A DNA stretch of 32,000 bases from Gammaproteobacteria bacterium (lineage in GTDB: Bacteria; Pseudomonadota; Gammaproteobacteria; DSM-19610): assembly GCA_011371465.1 (NCBI GenBank), contig DRQL01000280.1, positions 1,959-33,958 on the forward strand. Direction: 5' to 3'. The position numbers and the translations under genes are program-made. The notes below the pieces were generated by a model, which worked only from the letters and a program-made list of their open reading frames with translations, ran no database searches and was not told the origin of the DNA. Below, piece by piece: positions 30,243-32,000 of this stretch; positions within the stretch are counted from its first letter, which is position 1, and each line of letters begins with the position of its first letter.

Positions 30243-31736
30243 ATGTCGCTTGCTGTACTCTACAGCCGCGCCCAGACGGGCGTTCAGGCGCCGCTGGTCA
30301 CGGTCGAGGTCCACCTTGCCAACGGTCTGCCCGCGCTCTCTATTGTCGGCCTGCCGGAAACCGCGGTACGCGAAAGCAAGGACCGGGTACGCAGCGCGCT
30401 GTTGCACAGCGGCTTTGAGTTCCCCGCCCGCCGCATTACCGTCAACCTCGCACCGGCGGACCTGCCCAAGCAGGGCGGTCGCTACGACCTTGCCATTGCG
30501 TTGGGTATTCTTGCCGCTTCCGGCCAGGTTCCGGGCGAGGCGCTGGATCACTACGAGTTTGTAGCCGAACTGGCGCTCGGTGGTGCCTTGCGGCCGGTCT
30601 GCGGGGCGCTACCCGCTGCACTGGCCACCACGTCGCAGGGACGTCAACTGGTCTGCGCGCGGGAAAACGGTGCGGAAGCCGCGCTGGCCGGGAGCGACCG
30701 GGTGCGGCTTGCCGGCCACCTGCTGGAAGTCTGCGAACAGCTGCGCAATCCGGACCGCCTGCCCTGTCCGGGCCACCCGGCTGACCCGCAGCCGCCGGAT
30801 CATCCGGATCTCAGCGATGTCCGCGGCCAGCACCAGGCGCGACGCGCGCTGGAAATTTCCGCCGCCGGCAACCACAGCCTGCTGCTGATCGGCCCACCCG
30901 GCACCGGCAAGACCCTGCTCGCCAGCCGCCTGCCCGGGCTGCTGCCACCGCTCGATGAGCAGGAGGCGCTGGAAACCGCCACGGTACGTTCGATCAGTGC
31001 CGGTCGTTTTGATGTCCGGCACTGGCGCCTGCGGCCGTTCCGCACACCCCACCACACCGCATCGGCCGCCGCGCTGGTGGGAGGCGGCTCCAACCCGCGC
31101 CCGGGTGAAATTTCGCTGGCGCACCACGGCGTGCTGTTCCTGGACGAATTCCCGGAATTCAAACGCCATGTCCTGGAAGTGCTGCGCGAACCGCTGGAGA
31201 CCGGCAGTATCATCGTCTCCCGCGCCAGTGGCCAGGCCGAATTCCCGGCACGCTTCCAGCTGGTCGCCGCCATGAACCCCTGCCCCTGCGGTTACCAGGG
31301 CGACCCGGACGGCGCCTGTCGCTGTACGCCGGAACAGGTGCAGCGCTACCGCAGCCGCATCTCCGGTCCGCTGCTGGACCGGATTGATATACAGGTACAG
31401 GTACCGCGCATTTCCTGGGAACAACTGAACGGCGCAGACGGGGAAAGCTCTGCACAGGTGCGCACGCGCGTCAGCAGCGCACGCCGGTGCCAGCAGGCAC
31501 GCGGCCAGCTGAATGCCGGTATTCCCCTGAACCGCATGGACTGTATCTGCAGGCTGTCCACCCCGGACAAGGCGCTGCTGCAAAAAGCCGCTCAACGTTT
31601 CCGGCTCTCGCCGCGCGCCGTGCATCGCATCCTGCGGGTCGCACGCACCATTGCCGACCTGGACCAGAAGGATGATATCCAGGCCCCGCATTTGCAGGAA
31701 GCCATCAGCTACCGGGGGTTCGACAGCGGACCATGA
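30243..31736 (+). CDS. comM: YifB/ComM family Mg-chelatase-like AAA+ ATPase
   Basis: N-terminal Lon-protease-like domain (VEVHLANGLPALSIVGLPETAVRESKDRV). Walker A GPPGTGKT, Walker B GVLFLDEFPEF and AAMNPCPCG. Length 497 aa. Confidence 0.94.
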   Translation: MSLAVLYSRAQTGVQAPLVTVEVHLANGLPALSIVGLPETAVRESKDRVRSALLHSGFEFPARRITVNLAPADLPKQGGRYDLAIALGILAASGQVPGEALDHYEFVAELALGGALRPVCGALPAALATTSQGRQLVCARENGAEAALAGSDRVRLAGHLLEVCEQLRNPDRLPCPGHPADPQPPDHPDLSDVRGQHQARRALEISAAGNHSLLLIGPPGTGKTLLASRLPGLLPPLDEQEALETATVRSISAGRFDVRHWRLRPFRTPHHTASAAALVGGGSNPRPGEISLAHHGVLFLDEFPEFKRHVLEVLREPLETGSIIVSRASGQAEFPARFQLVAAMNPCPCGYQGDPDGACRCTPEQVQRYRSRISGPLLDRIDIQVQVPRISWEQLNGADGESSAQVRTRVSSARRCQQARGQLNAGIPLNRMDCICRLSTPDKALLQKAAQRFRLSPRAVHRILRVARTIADLDQKDDIQAPHLQEAISYRGFDSGP

Positions 31737-31841
31737 GCCGCTTGCCCGGGAATCGAAGTTTTCGGTTTTGCAAGCTGCCGCAAAAACTTTTTGCCGGTTA
31801 CAATGACCGGCATGCGCAGTTCCCCCGCCTGTACCTGATTC

Positions 31842-32000
31842 GTGGCCGATCTCAATCCCCAGCAACGCGCCGCCGTGCGCGAAACCGACTGCCCGTTGCT
31901 GGTGCTGGCCGGCGCCGGGAGTGGAAAAACCCGCGTCATCACGGAAAAGATCGCCTACCTCATCGAACGCTGCGCCATCCCCGCGCGCAACATCGTTGCC
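31842..32000 (+). CDS. rep: ATP-dependent DNA helicase Rep, N-terminal 53 aa (continues beyond the window)
   Basis: This gene is not in the ORF track because it has no stop in the window. The GTG at 31842 gives [53 protein letters not shown]. That is colinear with E. coli Rep ([52 protein letters not shown]). Confidence 0.85.
   Translation, partial: MADLNPQQRAAVRETDCPLLVLAGAGSGKTRVITEKIAYLIERCAIPARNIVA

Overview
This is a GC-rich (roughly 60%+) gammaproteobacterial chromosome segment made almost entirely of core housekeeping genes. Gene order resembles Pseudomonas: gltB(partial)-gltD, hemE, a fructosamine-kinase-like gene, an HNH nuclease, pntAA-pntAB-pntB, two tandem PPK2 polyphosphate kinases, and an ECF-sigma envelope module. 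These are followed by priA, a small OM beta-barrel gene, argS, a SPOR/FtsN-like gene, aer, speA/speE (divergent), a DUF4124 gene, fetAB, the TorF-porin-glnK-amtB operon, ubiK, comM and rep(partial). I found no tRNA/rRNA genes, CRISPR array, transposase, integrase, phage genes or recognisable defence island, so I cannot support a claim of a large novel system here. Four things are not explained by routine annotation. (1) The unusually long gltD-hemE spacer holds two inverted copies of a ~190-bp element with three helices. The copies share identical sequence boxes, but their stems differ in sequence while staying paired. (2) On the minus strand at 13131-15144, an ECF sigma gene is followed by three small exported or membrane protein genes with overlapping junctions. 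It is preceded by a gene for a secreted protein built from a 33-nt (11-aa) Arg/Asp/His-rich tandem repeat. (3) The sigma gene appears to need a CTG start placed behind a perfect AAGGAG. (4) Regulatory architecture can be read directly from the sequence. There is a sigma54 promoter with three NtrC-type sites for porin-glnK-amtB, a sigma28 promoter for aer, and an intrinsic terminator after amtB. Many long ORFs in the track are antisense artefacts of high GC and were rejected. All functional calls rest on my recognition of protein motifs, not on database searches.
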